Of a stretch of 64,000 nt of DNA, positions 25,111 through 37,637 are shown piece after piece (the first letter of the stretch is position 1; every line of letters begins with the position of its first letter). Below the pieces are notes generated by a model that saw only the letters and a program-made list of their open reading frames with translations, was not told the DNA's origin and did not search any database. The DNA is from Geosiphon pyriformis uo1. Taxonomy: Eukaryota > Fungi > Glomeromycota. The stretch lies in the NCBI GenBank assembly GCA_016748015.1, contig JAAOMT010000003.1, forward strand, positions 1,368,373 through 1,432,372, read 5' to 3'. The position numbers and the translations under genes were made by a program.

Positions 25111-27185
25111 ATGACAACTGTCAAACCTTTACCATATAACGTTATCTTGAAACCCTCTCGTCATCTTCTTAATCCTAAGTTTGAAGGTTATAAACTCACT
25201 CTTTTTGACGATGCACGTACTCTATGTGAAATTTTACCCGAGCCTGGGGTTAACATTCCAAAAGTTCCTGTGAATGCAAAACTCTCTTATGAAGAATTGC
25301 GTAGCAGGGTGCATTTTAACCATTTATTTGCTGGGTTTGACACACCAGAAGGCAAAGGAGCCGCCTTTTTTTTCAACTCTGAATTCAATCTAATTCATGT
25401 AGAATATGACCTGGTAGTGTTCTCTTCATTTACTTTTTAGTGACTTATGATTTTCCCTTTTACTGAACGTTAAAATGAAGAATTCTATAGATTAAACACT
25501 CCATCCATACCGAACCTCTTGTGCAAATACCTAAACCATCGACCAACTCTCTCGATCATATCTTCATTGATCCATCAGTAAGTAATCGGGTGAATTATCC
25601 CTCTTTACGAGCTCTTTCACCAACCTTACTTTTGGCAACTGATGGAGCAGGAAAAATCTACTTGATCAGAGTATTCAAAGATCCTCAAAGTCAAAAGTTC
25701 ACTGGCGAAATCATTCAGCAAGCCAATTTTTATCAGAATCCTGAGCTAAATGATGTGACAGTCACTAGTACTAATTGTTTGTCAACATCACCTTGTGACC
25801 TTCTGGATGCTAAGATAATAGGAGATGGACAGCAAGCCCGAGTTCATTTTATTGTATATAGCACTGTTCATGCAAAGTCCGGGAAAAAGCTGCAAGAAGC
25901 GGGTGGCATATTCTTTGATATCTTTCTTCTTCAAATTTCCTTGAATATTTCATCTGGGATTCAACTCATTCATCATCTTAGAGGACCTGACATCCCACTA
26001 TATTGTTCTCTTGACGTCAATGGGAAAGATTATGTCATTGGAAGTAATAGCGATTATCAATTATTGCCATTTGGAGATCATCACTTGCCTTCCGCTATAA
26101 TAGAGACAGAGTTAAAAGGATCTACCAATGAGAGAATAGATCATTCTGAAAATATGATAGCACCTTATATGTGGACACAAACAACAAATGAAGTTACTAT
26201 ATTTTTTCAATTACCTCAAGAAACACCTAAAAGTGCTGTTCATTGTAATCTAACGAATACACATCTTTCTTTGACCATTAATCCTCCAAGCAACTCAACG
26301 ACCGACTTAAATGGTGGATCTGCTGATGATCTTATCATCAAATCACGCCAGCCACCTGCTCCCTGTTATGTTTTCACGCCGTTTTTTGATTCAATTAAAA
26401 TTTCCTCATCTCTTTGGACTATTGAGTCCAAAATTGGATTACTTACCATACATCTTGAAAAGCAAAAGCCTGGTACTTGTTGGACACACGTCTTTAAACA
26501 AGACGATGGCGTTTTAGAGACCGTTGATCCAAATGAGATGACAGAATTTCGTGAACGTCTCGAGAAATTCACCTCCGGCTCTAGCTCGCCTGGATCTTTC
26601 GCTAGTCTTCAACATACTATTGGACATGAAATTGAAGCGGAGATTGACAGTGAAGGAAGATCAATAAATTTTTTTTGGATCGATGAAACAGGAACAATAG
26701 ATACACTAATAGTTGGAGGTAGTCATGAGTATCTTTGTAAGCAATTTGAGCGCCTTGGAAACAAACATAACGATCAGACACATGATTTTCCCTCTGTTTG
26801 CCTAAAATATGACGTGGATGGGTTGGTTTACAAATTTCAGCACCCTCGTAAAAATCTTGATCCAAAATCAGACCAAATCGCTTGTTTAAGGGCCACTCAC
26901 GTTTCAACATTTGATGCCTTTGCTTTTGTGCAAGCCTCCAAAAGGGAAAAGCGTCATATGTTTCATGACCCGTCTAATCGCTTTGTAATCATACTCGAAG
27001 GGAATAGGCGTTGTTATATTTACTGGCATACCCAAGCTCAAGGTATCCGTGTTTTTGATCAACAGTCTGTCATTGATTTTGGGGATAAAGTCAGAGATGC
27101 GGATGTCCTTGGAGTTCAGATGATGGGGGATGATGTAATCATGATTCTTTTATCGAAAGCTATTATTGCCATTAATTTATTTTAA
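25111..27185 (+). CDS. NUDCD1: NudC domain-containing protein 1 homolog (CS/p23 domain), 2 exons
   Basis: N-terminal LLNPKFEGYKL, FNHL, PYMWTQT.NEVT (CS domain), SSLWTI...LEKQ..G..W, CLKYDVDG, H..TFDAFAFVQASK. Confidence 0.88.
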
Positions 27186-27415
27186 AGCCTTGGAAAATAT
27201 TTCCTCGTGCTTCTAAATATATGGAAAAAATATTTTTCGCAACAAACAGATAATGGTTTAGTCAATCAATGGGCTAAACCTATTTTTTTAATTGGCTTCA
27301 GCGTAACCTTACCCATGCCAATTTTTAAATTAACAATTTATTAAGGTATATCAATTTTATGAAATTCTTCTCTTATTTTCATAAATTATATTTTCTTGTA
27401 GTTTTGTTTCCAACT

Positions 27416-28780
27416 TTACCGATTCTTATTCACTTGCTCTTTAAGAGCATTTTCATACAGAACTTGCACTTGCACCAAGTTCTCCGTTAAATATTTTACT
27501 CTATTTTGTCGAGATGGATGCATTACTAAAGTAGTGTCTTTACTAATTTGGGTATTATGTCTTACGCCATGACCTTCAACTTTATATGGATGAGATGATT
27601 TCGATGTCAGTGGAAAAGACAAATTTTCTTTTTTAAGACCTGGAGAAGAATCATTTAATCCTTCAAGATCGACCATCAATTGCCAGAGTTGTAATGCATT
27701 CGCAGGATCATAACCGGCACGCGCCATTATCTCCTGCCCCAGTATATCAGCTTCGCGTTCTAGAATCTGGGAATGATTCTGAAGGAACAACAAAGGTCTT
27801 TGCCATTGATTCCCATCGATACTATTCCTCTGATCGTGTAAAAAAAATTTATGATACAGTCCATTCGGAATCAAAGACTTGATGGTTTCTCCCAAATTTG
27901 CTAGACCCTTCATCAAATAAGACATTCCGAAGAACTCAGCTGCATGATCTTGTAATATATGGGCCATTTCATGAGCAATGATTGCTGCCAAGAGATTTTC
28001 ATCGTAATCTATTAATCTTAGCCAACCTGTCGTTAGCGTGATGGCCGAGGATGGATATGCCACCCCATCTAATATATCATCATTAGAAATTAGGTGGACT
28101 GTTGGCTCTTTGAGGTGTTTCATGCGATTTTCTACTGTGACACCGTTGTCCCAAAGATTTTTGCATACATTGTTGACTAATTGACTAAGAGGATCGGATA
28201 TTGGAACATTTATAGAAGAATCGATTACTTCTTGAACACATTTTTCGGCCGTTTTAATGAGTTCTCTTTTTTCCCATGGCCAAAGCAACATATGCCGTCG
28301 GCGATCAGTATTTGGTGTGATCTCTGATGTAAAAAAATAAATTACAGGAAAAGCCAGCAATATAGATAGTAATGTTTTGGTAATATTTCTAGTAGTGGAT
28401 GGATGGAAAAACTTTGTTGCAGCCACTCGTATTATCAGGAAGTATGGAATACATAAGGGGATTGCGAAGAGGATTGTGGGAAGGATCGGGACTAAAGTTA
28501 CTGGGGTGGTTTGAAATTGACGATGATAATTCCCGATTATTGCAGTGTATAGGGGGAATGATTGAAATTCTTTACTATAATGAATTCTATTAAGTAGAAA
28601 ATTAGGAGATCGAATCAGGTTTATGGATGAGGTAAGTGATCTATATGTGACATTACGATACCCATATTTTTTTATTTCTTTAAGTGGAAGTTTGATCAAT
28701 TTTTCATTGAGATAAAAATGTTGAGATGATTTTAATCTGATTATGTCAAATGTTCTCCGGAAAATTGACATAGATCTCAT
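27416..28780 (-). CDS. Peptidase M48, OMA1-like mitochondrial metalloprotease
   Basis: 454-aa ORF with basic presequence, hydrophobic segments, TP.T.RRR, LAAIIAHEMAH (HExxH), EREADILG..IMARAGYDP, HPS..NRV. Confidence 0.85.
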   Translation of the reverse strand: MRSMSIFRRTFDIIRLKSSQHFYLNEKLIKLPLKEIKKYGYRNVTYRSLTSSINLIRSPNFLLNRIHYSKEFQSFPLYTAIIGNYHRQFQTTPVTLVPILPTILFAIPLCIPYFLIIRVAATKFFHPSTTRNITKTLLSILLAFPVIYFFTSEITPNTDRRRHMLLWPWEKRELIKTAEKCVQEVIDSSINVPISDPLSQLVNNVCKNLWDNGVTVENRMKHLKEPTVHLISNDDILDGVAYPSSAITLTTGWLRLIDYDENLLAAIIAHEMAHILQDHAAEFFGMSYLMKGLANLGETIKSLIPNGLYHKFFLHDQRNSIDGNQWQRPLLFLQNHSQILEREADILGQEIMARAGYDPANALQLWQLMVDLEGLNDSSPGLKKENLSFPLTSKSSHPYKVEGHGVRHNTQISKDTTLVMHPSRQNRVKYLTENLVQVQVLYENALKEQVNKNR

Positions 28781-29633
28781 AATATCGATTTCTATTGAGA
28801 ATTTAAATAAAAATCTATTTTTTTTTGATTTTCATCTCGGCTTCACCCTCTCTTTTATATTTTGGTCCGAACTATCCCTAATCCCTTTTGTTTACCCTGA
28901 CATATGCATTTAAAATAACACGTTATTACTGTCAATGTGTCATCTCGGCAAATAAAATACACATGCTGTGCAAAGAAATGACATTATTGTAAGACTGAAT
29001 ATGCGGCAACGCCTCTTTTTACCCCGATAGATTTCGTTGACAGATGTCATCATTTCCCGAAAATCAAACCATTACGTCATTACGGACGGGAAGATCAAGA
29101 AATCGGGGATATTTAGTTCGTGATGATCCGCCAAACGTATAAAAATATTAAAAATAATAAAAATTCTTTTAAGTTGAGAGCTCTCAGGGCTTGAACATGT
29201 AAAAGTTTCAAGACTGTTATTTAATTAGTAGTGGGGATTTGGAAATTGAATATAAAATTTGATTTCTACAGCAATTATGTTAATTAGTTAATTATTAATG
29301 CAACTTTATTAATGATTCACAGTATTTTGTGCGTACCAATCGACTCAGCGTATTCGAAAATTAAATTTGAATGGTTAAAAAACGATTGTATTACCTCTTA
29401 GCCAATATTGATCCTTTTTACAGCATTGGTTTCACAAACATTATCTAGTAAAAATTGTCATGAAATCTCAATGATATTACAATGTAGAGTTTGTTTTTTA
29501 TTTTGAAACCATTATCATACCAAGTGGTTGGTTGATATAGACCTGACAAAATCAAGATCTAGATATATAAAAATTTTTAAATTCAATCACCAGCAGATAT
29601 TTTTGATAAAACACCTTTGTCTTTAAAGTACGC

Positions 29634-30385
29634 ATGGCTCTTTACGCGCTTTCCTCTCACATCTTTTCCAGCCATGCTCCGGTCCTTCGTGCCAGTCTCT
29701 GTTCCACTGGCAGTTTTTTGTTGCGAGGTTATGCTTGTAGGTTATCGAAAAATTTCTATAATGTTGAAGTTTGACTGAAAGAGAGCGAGGTACTTAACAC
29801 CTTTGTCAACCTAATCATTTTGAGTGTAGCTTCAACTAAAAAATTTACACCGGACCACGAGTGGGTCAGCTTGAAAGAGAATGAAGCCACAGTTGGTATA
29901 ACCCACCATGCCCAAGCTTCTCTTGGAGATGTCGTGTTTGTCGAACTTCCAACGCTAAATAAAGCCGTGGAGAAGTCGGGTAAAGAATACAGTCTATTTT
30001 GAAACCACAATCACCTTTAAATATCAGACAAACTCTAATTAAAAAAATTTGGTTTGTTTTAAAAAGAAACTATTGGTACAGTGGAAAGTGTTAAAGCCGC
30101 CAGTGATATATATGCCCCTGTCAGTGGGGATATCATTGAAGTCAACGAGAGTCTTAAAGATAAAACGTTCCTGATCAATGAAAGTCCCGAAGATGAGGGT
30201 AAGTTTGTTCTTTTTTTCAAAGATATATAAAATTAAAAATCTTGGATCAAATGTGGTTTTACTAATTGATAAATCATATTTTAAAAGGATGGATTTGCAA
30301 AATAAAAATTTCAAAAGCATCCGAAATAGATGAACTCCTCGACGAAGAGGCCTACAAAAAAATAATTGAACCGACGGTAGACTAA
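29634..30385 (+). CDS. GCV3: Glycine cleavage system H protein (4 exons)
   Basis: Presequence ending [35 protein letters not shown], lipoyl-Lys motif [33 protein letters not shown]. Confidence 0.96.
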
Positions 30386-32011
30386 AAAATCTGTAGAAAT
30401 TTTGTACTATTAAAGTTTTATTTGAATACCTTAAAAGAATAATGCAAAGATATAGAGCTTTCGAAATTAACATAATTTGAATCTTTGCATATTGAGGTTT
30501 TTTAGCATGATATCACTTAGAATTTTACCAGAAGTAATAATAGAGGGGAGAGTATGCAGTGACAAGTTTTATGTTTGATCTTTTTTTTGATTATCTTTTC
30601 AAGATGAGTTGAATAAATATCCTTAATGATGGTCAGGGTGAGGGAATTGATTTGCCTGTTTGGTATAAATCGGATTTTCCTCGAAAAAACTGACTGATTT
30701 CATTTTTTGTAAGGATCATTGTTCCCTATAAATATCACCTTCCTTTCTTGAAGATAAGAATTCGGTATGAAATTTTAATTGTAGAGAAAATTTTACATTT
30801 TTGAAGGTATTTTACCAAACAAAAATATGCTCAACCTCATTTTCAAGAATTCAATTAAATAAACTAATTTTGTTTTTTAATACATTTTTTGAAAGCAAGA
30901 TTATTCTAGTTTTTGTTAAATGAATGCTACTCTTGTGTTGAAACATTCAGAAATTACTTAAATGCTTAAAAACGAATTAAGATTCCAACAAGTTGACTTG
31001 CCAAAGCTTTTCTTCAAAAAAAAAACAATTTTGGCTTGGATTCAATAAGAAATATTTGAAAAACTAATCATTAAACAAAATAGAAATTTATTTATTGTTT
31101 AATAAAATTATTAATTACAAATCATTTTTAATTGTGTGCAAAAAAATTGTATTTATTTTATGAATGATTTAAAGTAACTTATTTATTATATTATAAAAAT
31201 ATACAAGTGAAATTTCATTGTATAATTAAAAAAAAATTTAATATGTAAAATAAATATTTGTTTCAAAAATTTTGTTAAAACAAAAAAACCAAAAATAAAA
31301 TGAATTTATTATGAAATATTTTTATACTACTAAATTTATAATTATAATTTAAAATTTTCTTTTACAATCTACAATTTACAATTTATAATGTATTTTGGTT
31401 AAAAAATTTTGAAAATATTAAATGATTTTTTATAGATTCAACTTTTAAATATCAATTTTTCTTTTTTCAAATCTTTTTTTATTTATGTCTTGAACTTAAA
31501 TACATAATAACAATATAACTAGTTTTTTAAATATGTAAAAAAAAAAATTTATTTGGTAACTCTTATTTATTTCATGTATAGATTTTAAAAATTATTTTAT
31601 TTGTAAATTATTTTTAAAAGATTAATTAATTGATTATTTACCTAAAACAAGTTTTAAGTAAATATTTGTGTAAAATCAATTGTTATTTTACATAAAATTT
31701 TCAAAACTATTATTTGGAGGTTGAATTATTTGTTAATAAAATAAAAAATTTATGGATTTTCTATTTAAAATAAATAAGTGATCAATTCGAAAAAAATCGT
31801 TCACCACCAAATTTAAAAGGAATGGAAATAATCGATACATATTAAATGCATTTAGATTGAATTTCAACATAATTGTGAAACCTGTGGATCGATGATGAAA
31901 GCGGATAACCGATGTGAAATAACGCTATTTCGTCCATTTGACTTTTTCAATCACTTAAATGGTGAATAATTTGATTGCCCCCGCAATAAAAATTATATTA
32001 CAACCATTCTA

Positions 32012-34343
32012 ATGACACAATCAAACGCTGACTCTTTGTCTCTAAATCAAATAACTTTTCGGTCAATCGACCAAGAGTTAGTTGGCGATTTGTACAAAGA
32101 AACTGAACAAATTCGAAGGGATTCAAAAAAATTGTAAGTTTTAGTTTTGTCAAGTTAGTACTCGTTCTTTTAATAGTCAATAAAATCCTCGACTTGTTCA
32201 ATTCTCAGATATAACAGGTTGAAATCAATAGACGAGGATTCTCGATTTGTGAGTGAAATTGCCTCCTTGTTGCCAAATTTTCCTGCTGTTGGTAATTTTA
32301 AGATTCTCTTCGATGAACTTTTGAATGTCAAATTTATCCTAATAACAATATTGTATCATCGTTTTTAAAAAGCAAATGAACGTTGTGGCACTTGGTACGT
32401 CGTTCCGGATCGAGTATGTTTGTATAGCTAAAATAAATATTTCAATAAAAATATTTTAAATCTCTCATCTCAATTAATCTTTACTTTCGAAGCTTTTCCC
32501 ACAAACAGTTTACTTTAAATCTACTGATGGACATAACGGAAAATGGAGTTTCAATCTGCGTCGATTCAATTCCCATCTTATAGATATTATTAGCAAGCAT
32601 GGTGGGTAAGCAAAATATTTTTCAGCTGTTCAGCTTTGCCTGTGAACAATGTTAAGGGATACCTTTACCCAATCTTTTCGATATAGATCTATAGTGGTTG
32701 ATTCAACCCGTCGAGGAAAACGAATTTCGGATGCATTATCAAAAACCATTCCAATATGGTGCTCTACAATTAATCAAGCGATTGATAATTTCCGACATCA
32801 AAATTCTTTATCACCGATTAGTGAAAAATTGCAATCCGAGGGAATATCAATTGATGAAAGCTCGGATGAGATCCCTTGGGATATCGAATTTCATTCACCA
32901 CCTTCAACAGTCTCGAAATCTGAACATGACCAAATCGCCGCAATGATACCTAGATTCGCTGAGAAATTACTGGCATGTTCATCCCGATTTGTAGCAAAAT
33001 TACCATAAACTTATCTCTTTGGTTAATATTACTATACAAAATAACAGAATTCCGGAATAAATATTGCGGAACTCTCTAGCAAGCTCTTAAAACCTCTTCG
33101 TCCTATTTGGGTGACCCCTGATTCCAAAATATATGCCAATGGACCACCTGATTACACCCAACTTTCATTTTTCCCAGTGATATGTCTTAACGCATCACAG
33201 ATGGTTGAGCCAGGAATGGGACATCGACAAGGGTACACTTACATTCAAGGTGCTGCTGATGACCATGAAATGTGGGCACTGGTAAAGAAATTAACCTTTT
33301 ATCTTTCTCATTATGAAATTTTTTTAAAATTGGGTTTTTTTTGAAGGGATTGATCCCTGCTTTATTTTGGAAGCATCGAAAAGAGATCTTGGAAAAAGCA
33401 TCCAACGATTTGGTTAATTATGAAATCACCGTGAAAAATCTTTTCAAAATCACCAATTTAAAGACTTCAGATTTTTTTTCGAATGGAACATGTAACTTCT
33501 TGGGGAATACAAATATTGCCATAGGAAACCGCAATAGTGGTAAGAATTTATTTATTTTCTTAAAATTGTCTCCCTTTTCTTTAATAGCTTAATTATTTAT
33601 TAATTCTATAATTTTAGGCCGGCCCCCATTATGCTGGGAAATTTTCGATCATGTAGTGAACTGTACTCCTGAAGATTACGAGCTGAAATTAAAAATCAAA
33701 AGCAAAATACAACTAATATCTACAATAAGTGAGGACGGGAAATATCTTCAACTTCCAATTCCAGAAGGCAAAAAAGGTCAGAATGTATTATTTGAGATGA
33801 TCCCAAAAGCATTAGAATATTTGTGTGAACCTTTATTTCAAAGTAAAAAGGTCTTGATACACTGTGAGCAAGGTATTGATCGTAGTGTGGGAATTGCGTT
33901 AGCTGTTTTAATCAATTTTTTTGATGAAGAAGGTAATTTGGTTTTTTTACAAGCTTTTAATTAAAGCAATTGGTATAATTTCTCAGTATATTTGGTTAAT
34001 TGATTGATTGATTGATTCATTCATTCATTACAGAACAGTATATCGATGGAGGTATTAATCATAAAGGTATGACCTTGATTCTCAAAAATATTCTAATTTC
34101 ATTCACCACTCTTTAAATACGCACATAAACTATCTCTTTTCAGTGGTTACAAAGGAGCTCGTTCAACGCCGGCTACTTTTTATTACTTCTTTTCATAAAA
34201 AGGTACAGAAATTTTATTTTAAAAAAAAAAAGATTAAATAATTTTTGAAGATAATTAGGATACATTTCATTGCTTATTAGGCCAATCCTACACGTGCAAC
34301 TCTAAAAAAAGTAAATTCCTATTTCATGAGTAATATTTCATAA
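32012..34343 (+). CDS. RIT1: Initiator tRNA A64 2'-O-ribosylphosphate transferase (multi-exon)
   Basis: YNRLKSI, ANERCGTWY, VYFKSTDGHNGKWSFNLRR, IVVDSTRRGKR.SDALSKTIPIWC, KPLRPIWVTP, YIQGAADDHEMWA, DUSP-like VLIHCEQGIDRSVG, ANPTRATLKKVNSY. Confidence 0.95.
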
Positions 34344-34720
34344 AATTATTCTCAATTTGGAAACAGTGATTCAATTGTTAACAATAAGAAATACATGACA
34401 TTGTAAGAGGATTGGCTTTTTGTCTCATCTAATAATCATAATTTAGTCAACATTTAAAAGAACATAAAATAAGTTAGGTCATATTTTATTGAAACCTGAG
34501 TCGCCTCAAGTTCCCACAATATTGGCGAAATTAAATGAATTAAAACTCGAATTATTTGTTAATCAAACCTTTTAATCAAAGGATTCCTTTTCTTCAATCA
34601 TGCTAATTCATAATTTACACTCAATATATATAAGGCTACCTAGTTCTCAAACCCTTTGAAATTTTTCAATTTTTAAAATTCAAGTTCCAAAAACCCTTCA
34701 TCTATTATTATCACTCTAGA

Positions 34721-35197
34721 ATGCAATGTCCCAATGCACACCGTCATCAAACCATCGCAGGTCAAGGGGGTGGTCAACCCGGAATCCCACATCCAGAAAT
34801 CTCTAGTCTGAATCCTCCCAAAGAAAAGGTCACCAAATATGTGAAAAAATTCGGCGCACCAAAACCGCCTCTTATCGATCATGCCAAAGTCACCAGATTG
34901 CCTGAGGCTGTCTCGGATTATGATCCGGATGAACCGTTAAGCACAGCTACCGAAGGAGAACCGCTTGATCAAAACGAGGAGGAAAAGGAGAGTGAGGATG
35001 GAGAATATAGAGAATGCGGAAAGGGGGAAGGAGAAACTCGTGTAGGTGCTGTTAAGAATCTGGCCGAGTCTAGTTTACCTGGAACTGATTCTGCTACAGT
35101 TGAGAGAGGCATTAGTGGTAGTGGTGGATATGGCCAGACTAGTCGAGAGCTGCATAGAGCTTTGGGTAAGAAACTACATGCCGAATTGGGTCAATAG
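34721..35197 (+). CDS. Hypothetical hydrophilic, intronless protein (158 aa)
   Basis: ATG ORF with GC above the flanks and a TATATATAAG box ~95 bp upstream. No family recognised. Confidence 0.6.
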   Translation: MQCPNAHRHQTIAGQGGGQPGIPHPEISSLNPPKEKVTKYVKKFGAPKPPLIDHAKVTRLPEAVSDYDPDEPLSTATEGEPLDQNEEEKESEDGEYRECGKGEGETRVGAVKNLAESSLPGTDSATVERGISGSGGYGQTSRELHRALGKKLHAELGQ

Positions 35198-35601
35198 ATT
35201 TGAGCGAGGTCTTGAAATATGACAGCAAGCTATGAAAATTTGGATGATCGGTTTGAAATTAAAGTATTAGCTGTACATGTATTTAAAGATTAATATAAAA
35301 TTACTCGATATCAAGGTGTATATGATTTTTCTTACATGTTCATTAGGGAAATACTTCCAAAAGATTGTAAAATGAAAAAATGGATAGAGTTTTTTTAGTT
35401 TTTGACCGTTAGAAAAAGTGGGGATGATTGATTTTTATCGCTTGTCATATTTCTGCATTTATATTTTATATTATTTTTGAAAAAATGGCAAATCATTATA
35501 ATCACAATTAAGATATAAGATTTTAAAAATACTTTGTGAAAATAGGGATCGTAAGTTCTGACTATTATTTCCATTTGGAACGATAAACATGAAAAATTTT
35601 C

Positions 35602-36925
35602 TTATTCTGGGTATCCTAGCGATTTCGGCAAAGGATTAGGACATTCGCCAATCGTGTAGCTAAAATATGGACCTTTGTGTGATTGGTCACCCAAGTAATG
35701 GTATTTATTGTTGCATAGCTGAAATAAAATGAAAAGTTAGCTATAATTTAAGATAATCTCAAAAGATCAATTTTAAAAAATTGATGAAACCCAACCCTCA
35801 ACCTTCAACCTTCAACCTACCCGATTTTCTTCCATTTCATTATTATAACAAACATAAACCGTTTCGGTCGCTGGCTGGTGTTCACAACTACAATCCACAT
35901 ATATCCAGTATTCAAGCATCGGATGAACTAATGGTTCTTGGGATACTGTAAGAGGCAACCGCGGCACATAATCATCGGTATGGGTAACTCGATATAATCT
36001 AACATTTGTCAATATGTTATACATGTTCGCAAATTCCTTGTCACCAATATGTGGTAACCCGTAGGTGAACACCTCAAAGCGAACCCTTGGCATTCTTTTG
36101 CTCCATTTTGCAGCTGCCAGTACAGCGTAAACTAATAAAATAATCAAATTCTGACCTAGTTAATGTATGAAAAAGTGACTTTAAAATTATAATAAACATT
36201 TCTTACCTCCTCCAATACTATATCCAACCAAATTCACGCATTTAATCGAATTTCTATCAGTCCTGGGACTTCGAAAAATTTGCCTGGCAAAATGATACAT
36301 TATTTTTTCATCAATATTTGCTTCAGCCTCAAGAAAATTTTTGCAAAATTCGCCATCTATTTGTCCATCAAAGCAAGAGACCAGTTCAAACTTTCTATCT
36401 ATCCATTCTTGGCGAGTATACTCGGCACCCTTGAATGTTACGACTAGTTCCATTTGAGACCTTGTGTTATATGTTGGTTCTGCCTTTACTGTTCAATTGA
36501 ACCGTCAAAGAATAAAGACTTAAAAGATTATGACAAACTATTTAAAATAATAGTAAACGGAAAGAAGTACCAAAAATATTTGGTCCAACTTCATCACTTT
36601 TCTCGTATTCTATACAATATGCGATCCAAGCGTAGTATGAAAATTTCTTAATATCCTCAAATATTAGATTATCCTCATTCAGAGGAGTTTTTTGACTTCG
36701 GCCACTGAGAACATTTTTTTTCGGAAGTTTAGCTTGAATTTTAAAACGTGGGTTATATATAGCGGGTAATATTTCGGAATCATTAATCGGATTGTGTAGT
36801 CTTTTTTGATCTGCCCAGATTGAGATTTCTTCATCTCGAGTCTTCAGTATTAAAATCACGATTATGGATATGAAAAAGTATAGTATTATAAACGATAACT
36901 GAGTTTTAGCTGTTCTCCTTTCCAT
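35602..36925 (-). CDS. Class-3 lipase-fold protein with N-terminal TM anchor, paralog 1 (retains Ser, GYSIGG)
   Basis: TM helix, YAWIAYC, VTFKGA, LVGYSIGG|, FTYGLPHIGD..FA, YRVTHTDDYVPRLP, EYWI..DCSC, LCNN...SHKGPYF...GEC. Confidence 0.8.
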
Positions 36926-37467
36926 ATTCTTGGTTTTTTACGAAGGTAGTGGCAAAATCAGCTGAGACAAAGAGCTGAACGCCTCGAGTCTTGATATCAT
37001 TCCGGTCAAAATTATAAATAAATGATGAATTAATTTCTCTGATTATTTTATAGGTAAATTGGTATCAAGCCCATCTTTGGTTAAAGTTTCTCATTTTTGA
37101 GGATACCTCAAATTTCCCGCTGAAGCTTTCTTTTGTTGAGATGTTTTGTGGACAAACAGGCCAAAGGTTTTTAAAACCATAAGATCAATCGGGTAACGAT
37201 CGGGATAGACAGAAAGGGTGTGTGAGGTTTCAAGAGTTGTCTCTGATTTTTAGATCGGACAAATCCGACATTGGAAATAAGGCAAGAAGAATGAACCAGT
37301 GAACAAGGCTTTTTAGTCAATGTATTAATAGAAAAAAATGTCCTAGAAATGAATCTTACCAAATCATATAAATACTTTGATGGATTTATTTCAAGAAAGT
37401 GAATATATTAAATTTTAATTAGTAATAGTATTTTTCTCTTACCTTATTTTTTTTTTGCAAATATATA

Positions 37468-37590
37468 CAGTCAGACCTCTATAAAAGAACATAGTTGGGA
37501 CATGCAAATTATGTTCCATTTTAGAGGTGTTCTATTATAGAGTTTTATAATTATTATCAAATAAACTATATTTATTTATAAAATCAATCA

Positions 37591-37637
<47 letters not shown>

